From: Eledone cirrhosa
Lineage: Eukaryota
Length of the DNA stretch: 64,000 nt
Direction of reading: 5' to 3'
Assembly: GCA_964016885.1 (NCBI GenBank)
Contig: OZ024743.1
Coordinates: 162,254,001 to 162,318,000, forward strand
The first letter of the stretch is position 1; each line of letters starts with the position of its first letter. This document shows positions 15,040 through 30,489 of the stretch, one piece after another. Below the pieces are notes generated by a model. That model was not told where the DNA came from and searched no databases. It was given only the letters and a program-made list of their open reading frames with translations. The position numbers and the translations under genes are program-made.

Positions 15040-15960
15040 CAAACATACCTAAGTGAGACAGGAAAGCTCATTCGGAGACTCGACAGGTGAGTCATATTGA
15101 CAGTTACTTCAGATCTCCGGGAGAAAACTGTCATAAAACAGTGAAATGCCGGTGAGTGTAGGTTAAGGGCCGTCTAGTAGAAAACGATCCCCTGGTAGAG
15201 AGATGTTTGAGAGGAATATGGAGTGACATCGACTTTGTCATTCGGGTCAGACGATATGGGACTGTGGAAGCAAGATTCCTCTCGGAAGCTTGTGGACAGA
15301 GATATTCCACTGTCTCGTGCAGGAGTGAGAAATGTATTCTCTTTCCTACATACATGGATTGGCGAGTGATGAAATTGAAAGTGTTGAATGTACCACCAAA
15401 ATTTAAAAACTTGTGGGTGGTGCCATACGTTGTCCGAGAATGAGAGAACATTACTGGATGTAAAAGAAACAACGCTTAAATGATTTGGTCCATAATTAGT
15501 GTAAAAACCTTGATCTAGGTAAAACCTGAAAACCTGGACAAGATTCCGTATCTAATAAACCTCCTGAACGATACCTAACTACATGTATAGTGGAAGACAA
15601 AACACCTAGCAGTCCTACATGTGGTAGCCTGAGCCACCCGATGACCTTCTGGTGATTCAGGGCAACAGAACGAAATCCCGCACTGCTGCCAATATCACAG
15701 CCATAGCAACACCAGAAATAATACAAAAGCAACAGCAGCAACAGAAATAACAACAATAATAACAATAACAACTACATTAGCACCAAAGCTATTAGAAGCA
15801 GCAGTAGTAACAAGAATAACAAAAAGTGTCAAAATAACAACAATAACAGCAGCGCAATCTAACATCACATTCCCAAACAGCAGTTTCACCACCACCACCA
15901 CAGCCAAAAGAAGTTCTTCGTTATCCACAAATCCGCCAAAATACAAACCCCAGGCACATT
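15040..15960 (+). pseudogene. Degenerate L1/Tx1-type ORF1 relic, distantly related to ORF1 at 48474-50408
   Basis: FVIRVRRYGTV..SE..RSEKCILFPTYM..W and KIPYLI..VEDKTPSSPTCGSLSH align by eye with FIRKDRLYGSL..NE..RSKNFTFYPSYM..W and QIPDRI..VEGRRPSCHICAGRGH; followed by a similar low-complexity tail. Confidence 0.65.
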
Positions 15961-16379
15961 CACACATGCACAGCCTCCCTTAAAAGTATGTAGACATTTA
16001 AAGAATCATATTGTTATATAAAAATCGATAAATGCATCATGGTAGAAATGGAACAATATCCAGAGGTTACCATCTAGAATTAAAAATTATATAAATGTTC
16101 AAGTGCATCGCTTACTTTTTTTTAAATATCACTGTATGAAGATGTTTACCATTTATACTAGCACCAATGTGTCGGTTATTTTTAGGAGACAAATAATTGA
16201 AAGGAAAGATTTAATTTAAACAAGTATCTAGTAACACTGCCGTAACAATTGCAGCAACATAGCGTTCAGTATAGCTGAAATATATGTGATTGTTCGGAGA
16301 TGCTATCAGCAAATAGGTCACATTTTTATGCATTCTTAAATGTATAGAAGTAGTAGGTCAGTGTTGTATGCGTTAGACC

Positions 16380-16670
16380 GCCGATTCCGACGGTGAGTGT
16401 TCCAATTGTTTGTTCAGGAGAACAGTATTTCCGTAAAATTAACGTGTAAGATGATAAGCATACTACACGCACGTCTACTCTGAGAGAGGTTCAGTGTGAC
16501 AATGTGTGACAAGACTGACCCTTTAAAGATACAGGTACAGTACAGCCGAGTGGAGAGGAACAACCTGAAATAAAGTGTCTTGTTCAAGAGCACAACTCGC
16601 CACCAGGAATCGAATTCACGACCTTATGATCATGAGTTGAACACCCTAACCTTTACGCAATGCGCCTTCG
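16380..16670 (-). mobile_element. tRNA-derived SINE, family B head (3' part also resembles ~43990-44120)
   Basis: Minus strand tRNA-like head with GAATTCGATTCC B box; TCTTGAACAAGACACTTTATTTCA domain. Confidence 0.7.
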
Positions 16671-17279
16671 CAGATTTGGGAAAATTATCAACAACGAACC
16701 GATTCCTGCGACCATTTCCCGATTTTCAACTGAAATATTTAGACTTACGCAATAAATTTCCACTTGAATGGTATAACTTTCAAGATATTTGTATCCCTTA
16801 AGATTCATTCACTCCTCCCAATAAATCAAATTTTATATTTTAACTCGGTTTTGTGTTTTAAGTTTTCGTGTTTTAAAACTGAAATAGGTTGTTTTTTTTA
16901 AATGTTTTTTTCAATGCTTTTCAAATGGTTTAGGTTTGTTATTGTCGGAAACATAAGACAAGCAAAAACAAAAACAAAAGTTTTCGACGGTTATAATTTC
17001 TCACCGATATTCGGAGTGGAGAATATATTCGATGCATAACTCATTTACTGATCTTGTAGGAACTTCATGCTAGATCAACTCCGGTGAGACATGAACTCAG
17101 AACATTGAGAATCAAGTCTAAATGCTGAAAGCTATTTCCAGCACACAGTTCTTGAGAACCGACAAATGAATGAATTTCCTTTCTTCTACTCATATACTGA
17201 ATTCATGTCATGCATGGTTGGTTGTTGGTCCTCGTGGTCAAGTTGTTTACAAAAATACACCATCATAATTAGTCGTTTT

Positions 17280-18700
17280 ATTAATAAAAATATAAAAATC
17301 ATAAACAAATCTATTTCAAATAACAACACTACAGGAATTTAAAAACGGAAAGTGAAGGAAAATCAAGGGCTCTAGGGTCCTAGAAAATGGGAGGGAGAGG
17401 GCGTGGCGGTATTAGGGCTGCACCCCCGCGGACAATGGTCAGCGATACCCGCTTCAACAGCGTCCCCACCTCGCGGGACTGCTTCCTCAGACGGGCTGCT
17501 GACGTTCTGATCTTTTGGAGGAGCTCAGCAGTACGGGGTCCAAGTACACCTGAAGCTTCGATGGCAACTGGTGCGGAGTGAAGCGGCCGAATAATCCCAG
17601 GTATTTGTTTGTCTTCCTTTCCTCATTGCAGGCCACAGTACCGGGGTTCGTGCCCGAAGTGACTACGTTGGAGGCAGAGAACGTGCCGCATCATGAGGCG
17701 TCCCAGATGACGAATCTACCTCCTTTTAAATAGGAAGAGTGTAATTCTGTCCACGGTCGAGGCCTGCTGACTTCAGTTGTGATGGGAAGCTAGCTGCGTC
17801 CAGGCTTTTTCTCAATATGTCATTGAGAGCGGCATGTTGAGGGACCAGCCTACGCTCTAGCAGCAAGACAGTGGGTGCAGGCTAAACCTGTCTACGATCT
17901 CCCCACAACGGCATTTATGTGGCTCACACACACGGAGGCCGAGGCGTTGGGCCACTCCAATGCGAGTGCACTTGTCATCAAGAAGGGTACCGGTTGATGA
18001 AGAGGGCACCAAACAGAGCAACGCGCCGCTGTTTGACTGTGAAACAGAGCGGAAGCAGGCGAGGTGGTGTCGATCCAAGCCAGACACGATCTGTCTGAAG
18101 GAAGACCTGCAGTTGATGTCGGCCCAGTTACGTTGGACATTTGTGTAATGGAGGACAGAGAGGCCTTCGCCTCTCCTGTCGGCCAGAGCCTGCTCGAGCT
18201 CTGGGGCCACGTCAGGTTCGGCTGTCTTGCTGAGCATCTCGCTGACGATAACGGGACTGGAAGAGATTGAGGAAAGGTAGGCCGGTAAAGCAAGATCCTA
18301 AGCAAAACCACCGAACCACGATGGGAACTTCACCTGTTGCCAGCCGGTACTGTTGAAGCTGATATTGCAGATGAGTTCTGCACAGCATCGGATGGAGGTG
18401 TCAGGCTCACCGAGAAGATCTGCGTGGGGGTGACAAGGTGCACAGCGTATCGTGAACAGAAATTTGGGGAGAGAGAAGCAGTTCCTCAAGAGGAGGAACG
18501 CCGGGTGAGCGTCAATGAGACGTAACCTCTCTGCCATTCAGTACAAGTCGGCATGCTCTGTCTCCAAGCACTCTCTTATAGCTTTTGAGAGAATTGGAGA
18601 GCCGATAATGCCGATAATGCAGGACCGAGCGGGAAACGTCGTCAACTGGCAGCGCAAAGAGGAGCAGGCTGAGGGGATCTCCTTGCTGGACACCAGTGGC
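17280..18700 (-). mobile_element. CRE-clade-like non-LTR element with restriction-like endonuclease, 5'-truncated and degenerate
   Basis: IGSPI, AHPAFLLLRNCFSLPKFLFTIRC, WQQVK, zinc finger CRCG..VD..LHPLSC..HAALND, WDA, PVAIEASGVLG, RVSLTIVRG. Confidence 0.8.
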
Positions 18701-20569
18701 AGAAAATGGAAAATAGGGAGAATGTGTGGGGGGGGGGGGGGGCAGTTGGTAGGTGTGTGGGGGTGAAGTGAGGGAGAAGTAAAAGGGGTGATATGGGGAG
18801 ATTAGAGTGTGAAGGGATAGAGGAGGAGAAGAATAGATGGTATGTGTGTAGGTAAGTCATGCACATATACACGTTGGGTTTGAAAACCGGGGAGAAAACA
18901 CTTAAAATAAGCAAATTCAATTGGAAAGAACAACAATGACCATGCAAAGAGATAGGTAAAACATTAGGAGGAACGAGGGAGCCGGAGTTCAACCTCTCCA
19001 CCATTTATGTTTGAAGAAAGGAGAAAGAAGATAAATGTACAATATGTGTTTGTATATGTTTTCACATTGGCGAATCCACATAATGAATGTGTATTATGAG
19101 TGCAATTATCAACAGGTAAGAATGTATAACAATATATATATGTAATTGTGTATGCATTTGCGTGGTACATTTGCGTGGTACATTTGCTCCTGGCTGGTTC
19201 CATGCGTTGTCGCATCTAAAGATCTTGTATTTCTGTTATTCCTCTCCTTTTTCTTCATCCAAACATATAAATACGTTTACGCTGTGTTAGTGATGATGGT
19301 GAGGGTGAAAGCGATAGTGATGAACGTTTGGTTGTGATGATGATGGAATAAATGTGTATATATATCTAGAATGATTGGGTGAGTCCACGGTGTTGAACTT
19401 GTTGCAGTAATTGGCTTCCTCTTGTTTATAGTGATAACTGCTGCCTGTCAAGCTGACTCTGGGTTATCACCTGTGAGGGAAACTTGCTGCCTTCTTTGAC
19501 CAAAGATGCTGGGTCACTGGAGAAAGTATTCGCCTTTTTTTCTAATTTGGTGAAATTCTAATGAATATCATTTATTTTTATTTTTCAGGGAGTGGGGAGT
19601 CTTTAGCTCGTTCCACTGTAGTTTCGACCTCTTTGTGATACTTGTGCAGTCATCGGTTGAAATTTAGTGTCTTTCATTAGAAATATAGTAATAGAAGGGT
19701 TAAGTTAAGTGCCAAACACCATATAAATGCGTCAAAATACCTATAGGAACTGTGATTATAAATGGTAAAGTCCGTTCAAACATGTCCCTGGGACTCAAGT
19801 GATCCAAAGAAATGGTAAAATCCAGTTCTATGAAGAATACCTTCAAGATACCTCAAACATTATCGATACTGACCAGCATCACCTTATTTTTCTTTCTAAA
19901 CAATGCACACACTCACGCAAACATTTAAAATGTTACCTCGTTTAATGTTAAATTGGTAGGTTAAAAATATTTCTTATCACATCATCCCGATTCGAAAGGT
20001 TTGATCATCTACTGTTGGCTTTAATTATTGATTTTTCCGATTTTTTTTTTTTTTTCTTAAAATCCTATTTAATTTTCTTTCAAAATATCCGTTAGAGTGT
20101 TCTCAAAGTGGATATTTAGATACACACACATTCTTTTATATATGTATATATGTATATATGCATAAACCTCGTTATGTATATATGCGTATATACGGGAAGC
20201 TAGTTGAGTTCTTTGTTTGGTGCGAATTTCTCTGTTTGAATTCAACCACCAAACCACGTGTTTTAGTCTACGATAGGAGTCTTCCTCTTTTCCATTAGAG
20301 GCAGAGTGTGAGAATGGCAAAAACTGTTGGATACCTTATCCAGTAGTAATAGCTATCACACACTGCATAGACCTATCTTATGACGTGTAATACCCCGTTG
20401 ATGACGTGTAATACCCCGGTTACGTAAATATCTGGTGATATTATGTGACTTTCTGCACATTGCTGATGTAAGATCTGCATTTGTGAAGTTATCTTGCACA
20501 GAAACGATATCATCCAGGAATTGAGATTTTTACTTTTATCCCTACCAAACCACATCCACCGTATATATA

Positions 20570-20920
20570 TTTGTGTTAGAGCTCTGAAATAGCGATGTAT
20601 ATATGAATCAAGTATTGTATATTTAATAATATACTGTATGTTTATTTGAAAATATTTTGAAGGCCTTTCACTATGAATTTAAGGTAGTGACTATAGTCAC
20701 ATATTTAGCTTCAGCAAAAAAAATGGGAATAACCGACGCGTTTCTCGCCGTTATCAAGGTTATATACCCCTATTTAGTTTTTGCTGTGAGCTGGATACTT
20801 ATAGAATACCAATTATTTTTATGGGCTGTTTAAACTCATTAACATACAGAGCAGTTGCCAGACCAGCAACAATAAGAAATTTGTGTTGGAGCACTTGAAT
20901 TAAATATACAATACGTACAT
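20570..20920 (-). mobile_element. PLE terminal repeat fragment (same family as 51850-52200)
   Basis: Shares GCTCTGAAATAGCGATGTATATATGAAT and internal sequence with 51850-52200; hammerhead-like core at 20729-20763. Confidence 0.6.
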
Positions 20921-20922
20921 TC

Positions 20923-20957
<35 letters not shown>

Positions 20958-21124
20958 TATATGTATATATCTTATATATATATTATATATATATATAATC
21001 CTTATCGAGCCCTCTTCGGATTTTAGTCTTCACATTTATTAGTACTATATACATATATATATATACACATATATGCATTAATAAACATATATTTTACATT
21101 AAACACAATAAGATATATGTAAAT

Positions 21125-21503
21125 AATGGTTTCTGATTTAGGCACAAGGCCAGCAATTTTGTGGGAGGGGAAAATCAATTAAATCGACCACAGTGCGTGG
21201 CTGGTACTCTATTTTATCGACCCCGTAAGCATGAAAAGCAAAGCTAACCTTGGTGGGATTTGAACTCAGATTTGAACCCTCTACCGATACTGCCAAATCA
21301 CCGACCTTGACATCTGTAAATAATAATTGTTTCTACTTTAGGCACAAGGCCAGCAATTATCCAGTGCATTACTGGTACTTTATTTTATCGACCCCGTAAG
21401 GATGAAAGGCAAAGTCAACCTCGGCGGGATTTGAACTCAGATCGTAAAGGGACGTAACTATGCTGGAAAGCATGGCGTCCGACCCTCTACCGATACTGCC
21501 AAT
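21125..21503 (-). mobile_element. Two tandem copies of SINE family A
   Basis: Copies at ~21125-21305 and ~21322-21503; A box TGGCAGTATCGG and B box GAGTTCAAATCC on the minus strand. Confidence 0.88.
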
Positions 21504-21911
21504 CAATAATATTGATATTTAGATATATACGTACATATCTCTATTTGGTCCCATTTTTTTGTGGGTATCAACACGTGGTTGTGTGTGTTGCTGTATGTTG
21601 CAGGCAGAGCCCGAAAAAAACACGTGTACACAGTTCGGGGAAGCCTTGATCTCACATGTAGCAGCAATATACCAGGTACCTTCCGTAGCTGACCTGGTGA
21701 TACATTTAATCTCTGACTTATAAGAATAATGTTGCTGGTCATGCTGGTAGCAGTAATATCACCGGTCTCAGCTTCAACAGCAATATACTATCTCCCACCT
21801 GCATCAATGTACCTTACCCAATATTGTTTTAAATATTTAGCCCAAGGAAATGTAATTAATATTACTTGAATTTTTATAGGTTAATGCATATAAGGAAAAT
21901 GGGAACACACA

Positions 21912-21962
<51 letters not shown>

Positions 21963-22316
21963 CCACACATATATACATACATATACATATTTTTTTATTT
22001 ATTCAATTACATAATAAACAACACAATATAATTATTCCATTACCAAAGATTTCAAGAAACTAGACGATCCTTATAGAAACACCCAGCTCATTCATCAGAT
22101 GAAATAGTTATGTTTGGGATATAAGATTTGAAATGAATATCTATTAAACATGAAAGTGAGGCTGAGCTAAAATAATATCTTATAATGGAAAAAATAAATA
22201 TATATACATCTACACACACCCTTAAATATACATACATGCACACACACACATGTATATATATATAGACATACACATACATACACACAATAAACATATATGC
22301 ATAAATACATACACAC

Positions 22317-22375
<59 letters not shown>

Positions 22376-22636
22376 CGTACGCTCACGCTCACATACATGC
22401 ATACACATAAATTAACAACGTATAAAAACATAATATATGTATGATAAAAATAAAGATAAAATAGAAAATAAAAAATAATAAATTTAAAAAAAACTGAAAA
22501 TTAAATGGTCAATTTTACATATATGTATTTTGTATAGATGTGTGTATATGTTTTTACGTATGTGTATGCATGTGTATATGTGTGTATATGTGTGTATGTA
22601 TGTGTATGTATATATATATATATATATATGTGTGTG

Positions 22637-22667
<31 letters not shown>

Positions 22668-22703
22668 ATATATATATGTATATATGTATATATATATACA
22701 CGC

Positions 22704-25553
22704 ATAGGGGGTTACGTGACTGGGAGAAAACATTACAGTTAGTTTAAACGTTTCATAAATTATTTAAAATATAACGTAATTAGATTGGTAAAAAAACAAA
22801 ACAAAAATTGACCGTTATTCAGTCTCTATGCTGCTTATGACCAATTAAAATAGGTATTAAATGAAAAGTATATATTATATCAAAGGAAAAAATGAAAAAA
22901 AATTTTCTAGGAAACAAAAGTAGTATTATGAAAATATATTAAATAAGGGGGAAAGAATTTGGATTATAGAATTTGTAGGTAAGTTATCTTTGTTTATGTA
23001 TAATTAGATACTGAAATTATTGAGTAGAAACATATTTAATAATTGATATGGTTCTTTTTTAAAAAATATATAGTTGAGTAGGTTGTGATATTATGTGATA
23101 AATTATTTATTTTAAAAGAAGGGAGATAATTATCTATGTTAAAAATTATCAATTCAACAAACTTATTTAAGTAGTTGATATATGTATAGGAGAGACTATT
23201 AAAACTTTCTGTAACTATTTAGAAAGAAAGAAATGTATGCATTATAGCCGAATTTATCAATTTATATTAAATTTAATTTATTTAGATACAACCTAAATTT
23301 AAAGTAGATGAAAAATTGTAACGGAGGAAGATTATAACAGAGGAAAAATAACGGAGAAAAAAATAAACTTATTTTGTCGTATAATCTAGATTTTAAAAAA
23401 AAGAATCATTTAAAAATGATATATAAAGGAGTAATACCTATCTTATCATTTTTTTATATATAAAGCTTTAATAAAAACTCTAAATGTATTCGAGAATGAA
23501 TGGCAGCGAGAATTAAAACTATGTATACAGGAATAATCACTATAATGTTATCTATTTTAAAACTTAATTAAAAACTCTATGGAACGTTTTTGAGAATCGG
23601 TGGAGGCACGAGTTAAAGAATAATTAATAATTATTTTCCTATTCTTAAGAATATAAAGAATTTCAATAGTACGTAAGTTACAACCCTTAGAAATAGAAGA
23701 ATTTATATAAGGTAAAGCATTAGAAAGGTTTTGCCAAGAAAGAGAATATTCTATATTATTATTTTTAAGTGACCAAATTAATTCAGATAAAGCAGTACTA
23801 AATCTTTTGTCTTCTCTTTTGAACGTGTAGCGGTGATTATACCACCTTTCTTTAAATTTAGAGGAAGTGGCACCAATATGACATATCTTTTGTTTTAACA
23901 ATGCATTTGTAAACTAAATTACGGTCAAGACAGTTATTATTTAATGAGCAAGAATAGCTATTTTTACAATTGCATTTACCTATGCTGTTATTTAATGTTT
24001 TCATAGTTCGTAAGGTTTTCATCGTTTAAGTTATTGGTATAATTGTTGTTAATCGAGGAGTTGTTTATTCTATCTATGAATAGTTCCGAGATTTCTATTA
24101 TTAATTTTAATTATATTTTGGGCAATATTCATAGTGGTTGAGCATGAGAGTTTAAAAATTCTACTTTATTTATGCGGTTTTTGAGAAACATTTATCAAGA
24201 GCATTGAAGAATAGGTGAGTTAAGTTTTGCTTGATTTCTAGTGATAGTTGTGGAGAATACCATAAAATAGAACGGGAACGGATTCTTTTACAAGGCTTAT
24301 TGGTTTTATAGGAGTTATATCTATTATATGACTGATTTGGTCTAGTTCCATGGCTTATGTTACGGATTAGCATTATTATAATTGTTATAAGATGTATGTG
24401 CATTAATATTGATATTAAATGAATGTTGATTTACATACATGGGCGGGGTGTAAACATTTTTAGCTATATATTCAATTTTATCAGGGTAACCTGCTATATT
24501 TGTCAAAAATGTCCTTATTGACCGAGAGTCTAGAGATTATTTGCTGAACGCTGTTAACTATAACCTTTTTAACATTTCTCGGGTGGTTTGAATGGAAGCT
24601 AACATAATTAAGGTTTTCATTTAATTCATGGAATAGGTAGTTAAGGCCAGATTTAAGGTTTAATCTAGGAAATTAACTATTCTATTATTATTTTCAATTT
24701 CGAGTTTAAGGTTATAATTGTTAAAAACAAGGTCAGTTATAATTTTCTTCTTTCTATTAAGGGCACTATTATTATGGTTAATTACTACAAAAAGAGAATC
24801 ATCACGATATAAACCTCCGCCAAGCTCAGGTAATTTTCTGCGAATTAAGTTAAGGATGAAAATTCCAACAAGGTCTGTGACCTGAGCCGAGTCTGTAGAT
24901 CCCACAGTAATGTCGAAATTTCTAGGTCTATCAGCTCTAGCCCACAGATCTCCGTTAAAATCAATAATAGTGCTTCTATCGGTAAGAATAACATTAATTT
25001 CGTCGCTCGAAAGATCAGTAAATTTAGTTGCATATGATAAGGCTTTGTTAAGTAATGTTGGAGAGATGGAAGAATAATAATTGGTTATATCCAATTGAAT
25101 AAATTTGGTCTTGTTTTTACTTTTCAGTTCAGTAAACCAGTCAATAACTTCATTTGTACCTTTCTACAATTTTAGTTGAGATCGAAACTTTAGAACTGGA
25201 ATTATTCTGTCCAAGATGTTTTTATTAATAATACCTAAATCAGATTTCGATGGAGCTATAAGTCTGACAGGTAGTTCAGATTCGAAATTGTCCTTATGAT
25301 CCTTCATATCTAGTTTTGGTGTTCTGGGTATGAAGGATTGTTCTTCGTTCAATCACAAGGTTAAAAACAGTTACGAAAGCTTCCTTATTAATAGTTTCAA
25401 GGTTCTCATATGTAGTTTTTCGGTAGTTTTTTTTCTAAGTTCCCTTATGATTAATTTGTTACAGAGACTGTATAACGGGAAAATGTATATTGAATAATTT
25501 ATGAAACGTTTAAACCAACTGTAATGTTTTCCCCCAGTCACGTAACCACCTAT
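22704..25553 (-). mobile_element. Naiad-like PLE, 5'-truncated, with an inverted copy of its 3' end at the 5' junction
   Basis: KDHKDNF, RLIAPSKSDLG, DITNYYSSI, GSTDSAQVTDLVG, GLYRDD, NFLD, CNCKNSYSCSL, HIGATSSKFKERWYNH..STALSELIWSLK; 22704-22770 is the reverse complement of 25486-25553. Confidence 0.9.
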
Positions 25554-25876
25554 GAGTTGAGCTTTTTTCTAGTCATATGTTTCGTGGTCATCGATCTGTC
25601 AAGCTCGTTTGTCTACCAGCATATCATGAAAAAATTATACATCTCATCTGTATTTTGCCTGGAGAGGACATGTTTTGCTTTATGCTATACATAAAACTTT
25701 ACATCTTGGAAATAAAATATAATAAAATAAATAGAGATGATATAGAGTATATATCTTTCGTTTATTACTATCATTATTATAATAATACTCTGGATAAGTT
25801 TATATCGTTGAGTGCTTAACATCTGTTATATATAAGATTCAGTTGATTAGAAATCAACTGACTCTTGTTTCATTGA

Positions 25877-25948
<72 letters not shown>

Positions 25949-25952
<4 letters not shown>

Positions 25953-26331
25953 TACTTTGGGAGGGTCATGTTGCCAATAAGAAACACACGCACCAGTTGC
26001 TTTCACTTCAATTTATTATATATTTATAAATTTATAAATTTACAAATCTACAAACTTATAAACAAAATGGCGTAGGATAGAAGAAAGAAAAGGCACAGAA
26101 ACGAAGAGAAGAAAGGAATCCCCAGTCACTGAAGAGGTCACAGAGTGTGTGACGAAAGGACTATGACTATATATATAAACAACTATCTGGTTGTGGAACC
26201 AACCAACCAACCAGAAATTTATAAGTTTGTAGATTTGTAAATTTATAAATTTATAAATATATAATAAATTGAAGTGAAAGCAACTGGTGCGTGTGTTTCT
26301 TATTGGCAACATGACCCTCCCAAAGTATAAC
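25949..26331. repeat. Inverted repeat, 114-bp arms, ~155-bp spacer containing a hammerhead
   Basis: 25949-26062 is the reverse complement of 26218-26331; flanked by (TA)n. Confidence 0.93.
26124..26168 (+). ncRNA. Type I hammerhead motif
   Basis: AGTCA-CTGAAGA-g-GTCAC agagtgt GTGAC-GAAA-G ga C-TA-TGACT. Confidence 0.75.
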
Positions 26332-26388
26332 AATATCGGTTTCAACACACGATTTCAGATAAAGAATCTTGCTAAACAAATTCAGAAA

Positions 26389-26870
<482 letters not shown>

Positions 26871-26900
26871 TAACCTTCGTTTTGTGTAGTAAATTACACT

Positions 26901-26980
<80 letters not shown>

Positions 26981-27166
26981 ATGTGTATATATATAAGTAT
27001 ATATATGGGTATTTGTATGTCTATGTATGTATAATATATTTATCCGTGCCTGTCTACCTAATATGTGTATAAATGTGTATGTCGACATTGTATTTTTGTA
27101 AATATCTTTACACCGACTTATATATGTATATGTGGACGTGCGTATGTATATGTGTATGTATATATA

Positions 27167-27282
<116 letters not shown>

Positions 27283-27299
27283 AATATATATATTTATAT

Positions 27300-30285
27300 A
27301 CGGGGTAACAAATTATTGTTATAGGTAGTCCACTTAAGTGTAGTCCAGTTATGGTACTCCGGGTAGTGGATGATATCAACGCTTGGTTAAGTTTCACTCA
27401 ACAAGGCGTTTCCATAGTGATGCTGCGATTACGCTGTAATTCCTATGTTGTAAACACTTGGAGTAATGATAAATCAGGAAAGAAGAGTGACACGGTTTGC
27501 TATACAAAAAAAGTTTTTTAATCTCATTGCTGACAATTGTTTCTCTGAACTGGTAGGTCTAGAGATCGCTACCCGCTTATTTTCACGTTATTCGATCACC
27601 AATACAAAGTTATAACCAGTCAATTCATCGGGGCTTGTGAGAATGAAAAGAATATACAGGCATGGCTACTATATATAGTAGTAATGGCATTCAATCAGAA
27701 CAATAACAACAATACTAACAATGCTAGCAATAAATTATTTGAAATAATCACAACATCAATCTAGGTGGGAAGTATAGTATCTACGATTTTAGCGTGTAAA
27801 ACTAGCTGGCATGAGGCAGATGTATAAAATTGACATGTAAAAGCTGTCATGGGGTGTATTATATCTAGTGTAAAGATAAGCCGGTGTCTTTAAACAATAT
27901 AGGTCTGGTGGCCGTAAGAATCGTTTATTATCTGACAGATGAAGAATTTATCACTGTAGTGAGATTTGTGTGGTCTATATTAGATGAAAGGGTTGTCTAG
28001 CTTTCTCATCGTCAATAACATACATGTATAAGACAACATTAACAGAGTAGCAATATAATGGGCAAGTTAATACAGAGGTTAAGGAGGCAATATATATACA
28101 TACATGCACACAAACATATATATATATATATACATACACATATATACATACATATAAAGAGAAAACATGCTGACTATAATTATAACAGGAGGAAAGTAAA
28201 GTTCTGTTGCAGTAGCATTTTGAAATGTTCTTGGATTTAGGTTCAAGTGCTGACAGCAGCTGAGAAGAGATATGCTTATGCGTTGTTGAGGTACTTACAG
28301 ACATTAGTGTGGTATAGAACTAAGAAGGCTAGAATGTACTTAATGATTATATTTCTGTGGTGGTTCGTGCAGTGTAGTGGGTATCCTAAGTTGAAAGCTA
28401 GGTTACGTCGGTTCGATTCACGGAGGTTTAAATCTTGTGAATTTAGTGGCGATCCTGTGTCTGCAGAAGATAGATCTTTCTAACTTGTTGTTAAGTAGCC
28501 TTTTTACATTTCTAAGGATATACAGTAATTCTAGATTACATAGCCTACAGTGGGACATACCGGTACTGTAGGTCTTTGCGGCCGACAACCTCGACCAGTT
28601 GATACTGTAGTTGGTGTTGTTGTCCTTAAGTTCCCAGATTTTTTTGGCGAGGGTTGTAGAACCCATAAGTGCACGATTTTTCATCGAGTGTCTGTGCACA
28701 TACCATCTTTTTTTTAAAGTAACCGCGGTGGATCCAATGTAATGCCAAGTGTTGTTGTCTGAGTTGACCGTACACATGTACACTAGGCTCGAATCGAGGC
28801 ATCTATTCGCCAATGGCACCTATCCGGTAGGTGACAGTTACAGTTTGAGGTGTTATTTCGTACAGCTTCTACACTGCTGTTTTGTACACTGCTATAAGTG
28901 GGTTGTGATTCATCCCCGTTGGGGTTTTGCTGCTGCGTGCTTGTATGCGCTTGCGGTTGTGATATTGTGATGTGTTTATGCTTATAATTTGGTGCTATGT
29001 TGCGCATAGGTGGGGCGGATTCCCTAGAATGTGGTTGATCTTACGTATGTGCGATTCTATATTTGCTGCCGTAGAGTATGAGAGTTTTATAGTGTTTCTA
29101 TTGAATATTTTATGATATCTGTGTGAAATAGGGAAGTGTTTATCTACTAGTTTAAAGAATGTAGAAGGCAGTCTGGTTTTTACAGAGGAGTTGAAGATTG
29201 GGTTGAACCATAGGTATTTTCTTTCTCTGATTCTTCTATTGTTTCTAGGGCTTACATTATTGGTGTTTGGACCGCTTACTCTAGGTGCTACGTGCCTAAC
29301 CCTATGTCTAGTCCTGTTACCTCTATTTTTGTGTGAGCGGTTGGTGTAATTGCTATTAGGTTTGTTTAAGTTGTCTTTATTGGCTATATACTGCAGTTTA
29401 TCTTTATGTCCAGCCCTATGTAATATTGCGTTATAATAGTTAGCATGTTCATTAAAAATTTCTAGGTTTGAGGATAAGCGGGATATTCTAAGGGATATAC
29501 TACGTGCTATGGATCTGATTATGGATTTTGGGTGGTTTGAGTTATAACTAATGTAGGCCAGGTTTTCATTATTTTTATGGAAAGGTTCTATTAATCCCGT
29601 ATTTAGATTTAGAGTCACATCTAGAAAGTTCGTAGGTAATACTTAGGCCTAGTTTTTTTAAGAATGTTCTAATGTTTTTTCTTAATCTTTCCATGCTCTG
29701 GTTGTTTAAGTTCTTAGCTATAAGGAGCGTGTCGTCTCTATAAATCCCTCCTTGGAGGTTACTGAATTCCTTAAGTAGGTTGTGTGCTATGAATAGCCCC
29801 ACGATGTCAGTGATTTGCGCAGAGTCATTTGATCCCACTGTGATATCGAAGCTGATTATCCTATCTCTTCTTACCCAGTAGCTATTTTCAAATGTTATGA
29901 TAGTCCTTCTAGCCGCTATTATTATTTCAATTTCCTCAGCGGTAAGATCGGAGTTATTTTGGGCAAATATAAGCGCTTTATCTAGGGTGGCTGGGGATAT
30001 GGATGCATAGTAGTCGTTTATATCAAATTGTATGAAGTTACATGTCTCCCTATTTCGTATTTTATTGAACCATTCAATCGCCTCGTTAGTGTTGCCCCAT
30101 AAATTGATTTCTAGTTTACCCTTTATTTGTGCGATTACCCTATCTAGAATGTTCTTGCTAATTTTACCTATATCTGACTTAGATGGGCATATTAATCTAA
30201 TAGTAGGGTTTGTTTCAAAATTATTTTTGTGATCCTTCAGGTTAAATGTGGGGTTGCATGGGGTTAGAGGCTCGGTCCTATCAGG
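27300..30285 (-). mobile_element. Naiad-like PLE, RT plus GIY-YIG with three frameshifts, long 3' UTR and degenerate hammerhead
   Basis: [78 protein letters not shown]; hammerhead-like motif 27522-27642; flanked by (TA)/(CA) tracts. Confidence 0.92.
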
Positions 30286-30389
<104 letters not shown>

Positions 30390-30399
30390 ATATATATAA

Positions 30400-30477
<78 letters not shown>

Positions 30478-30489
30478 TAAGAATAAAGA

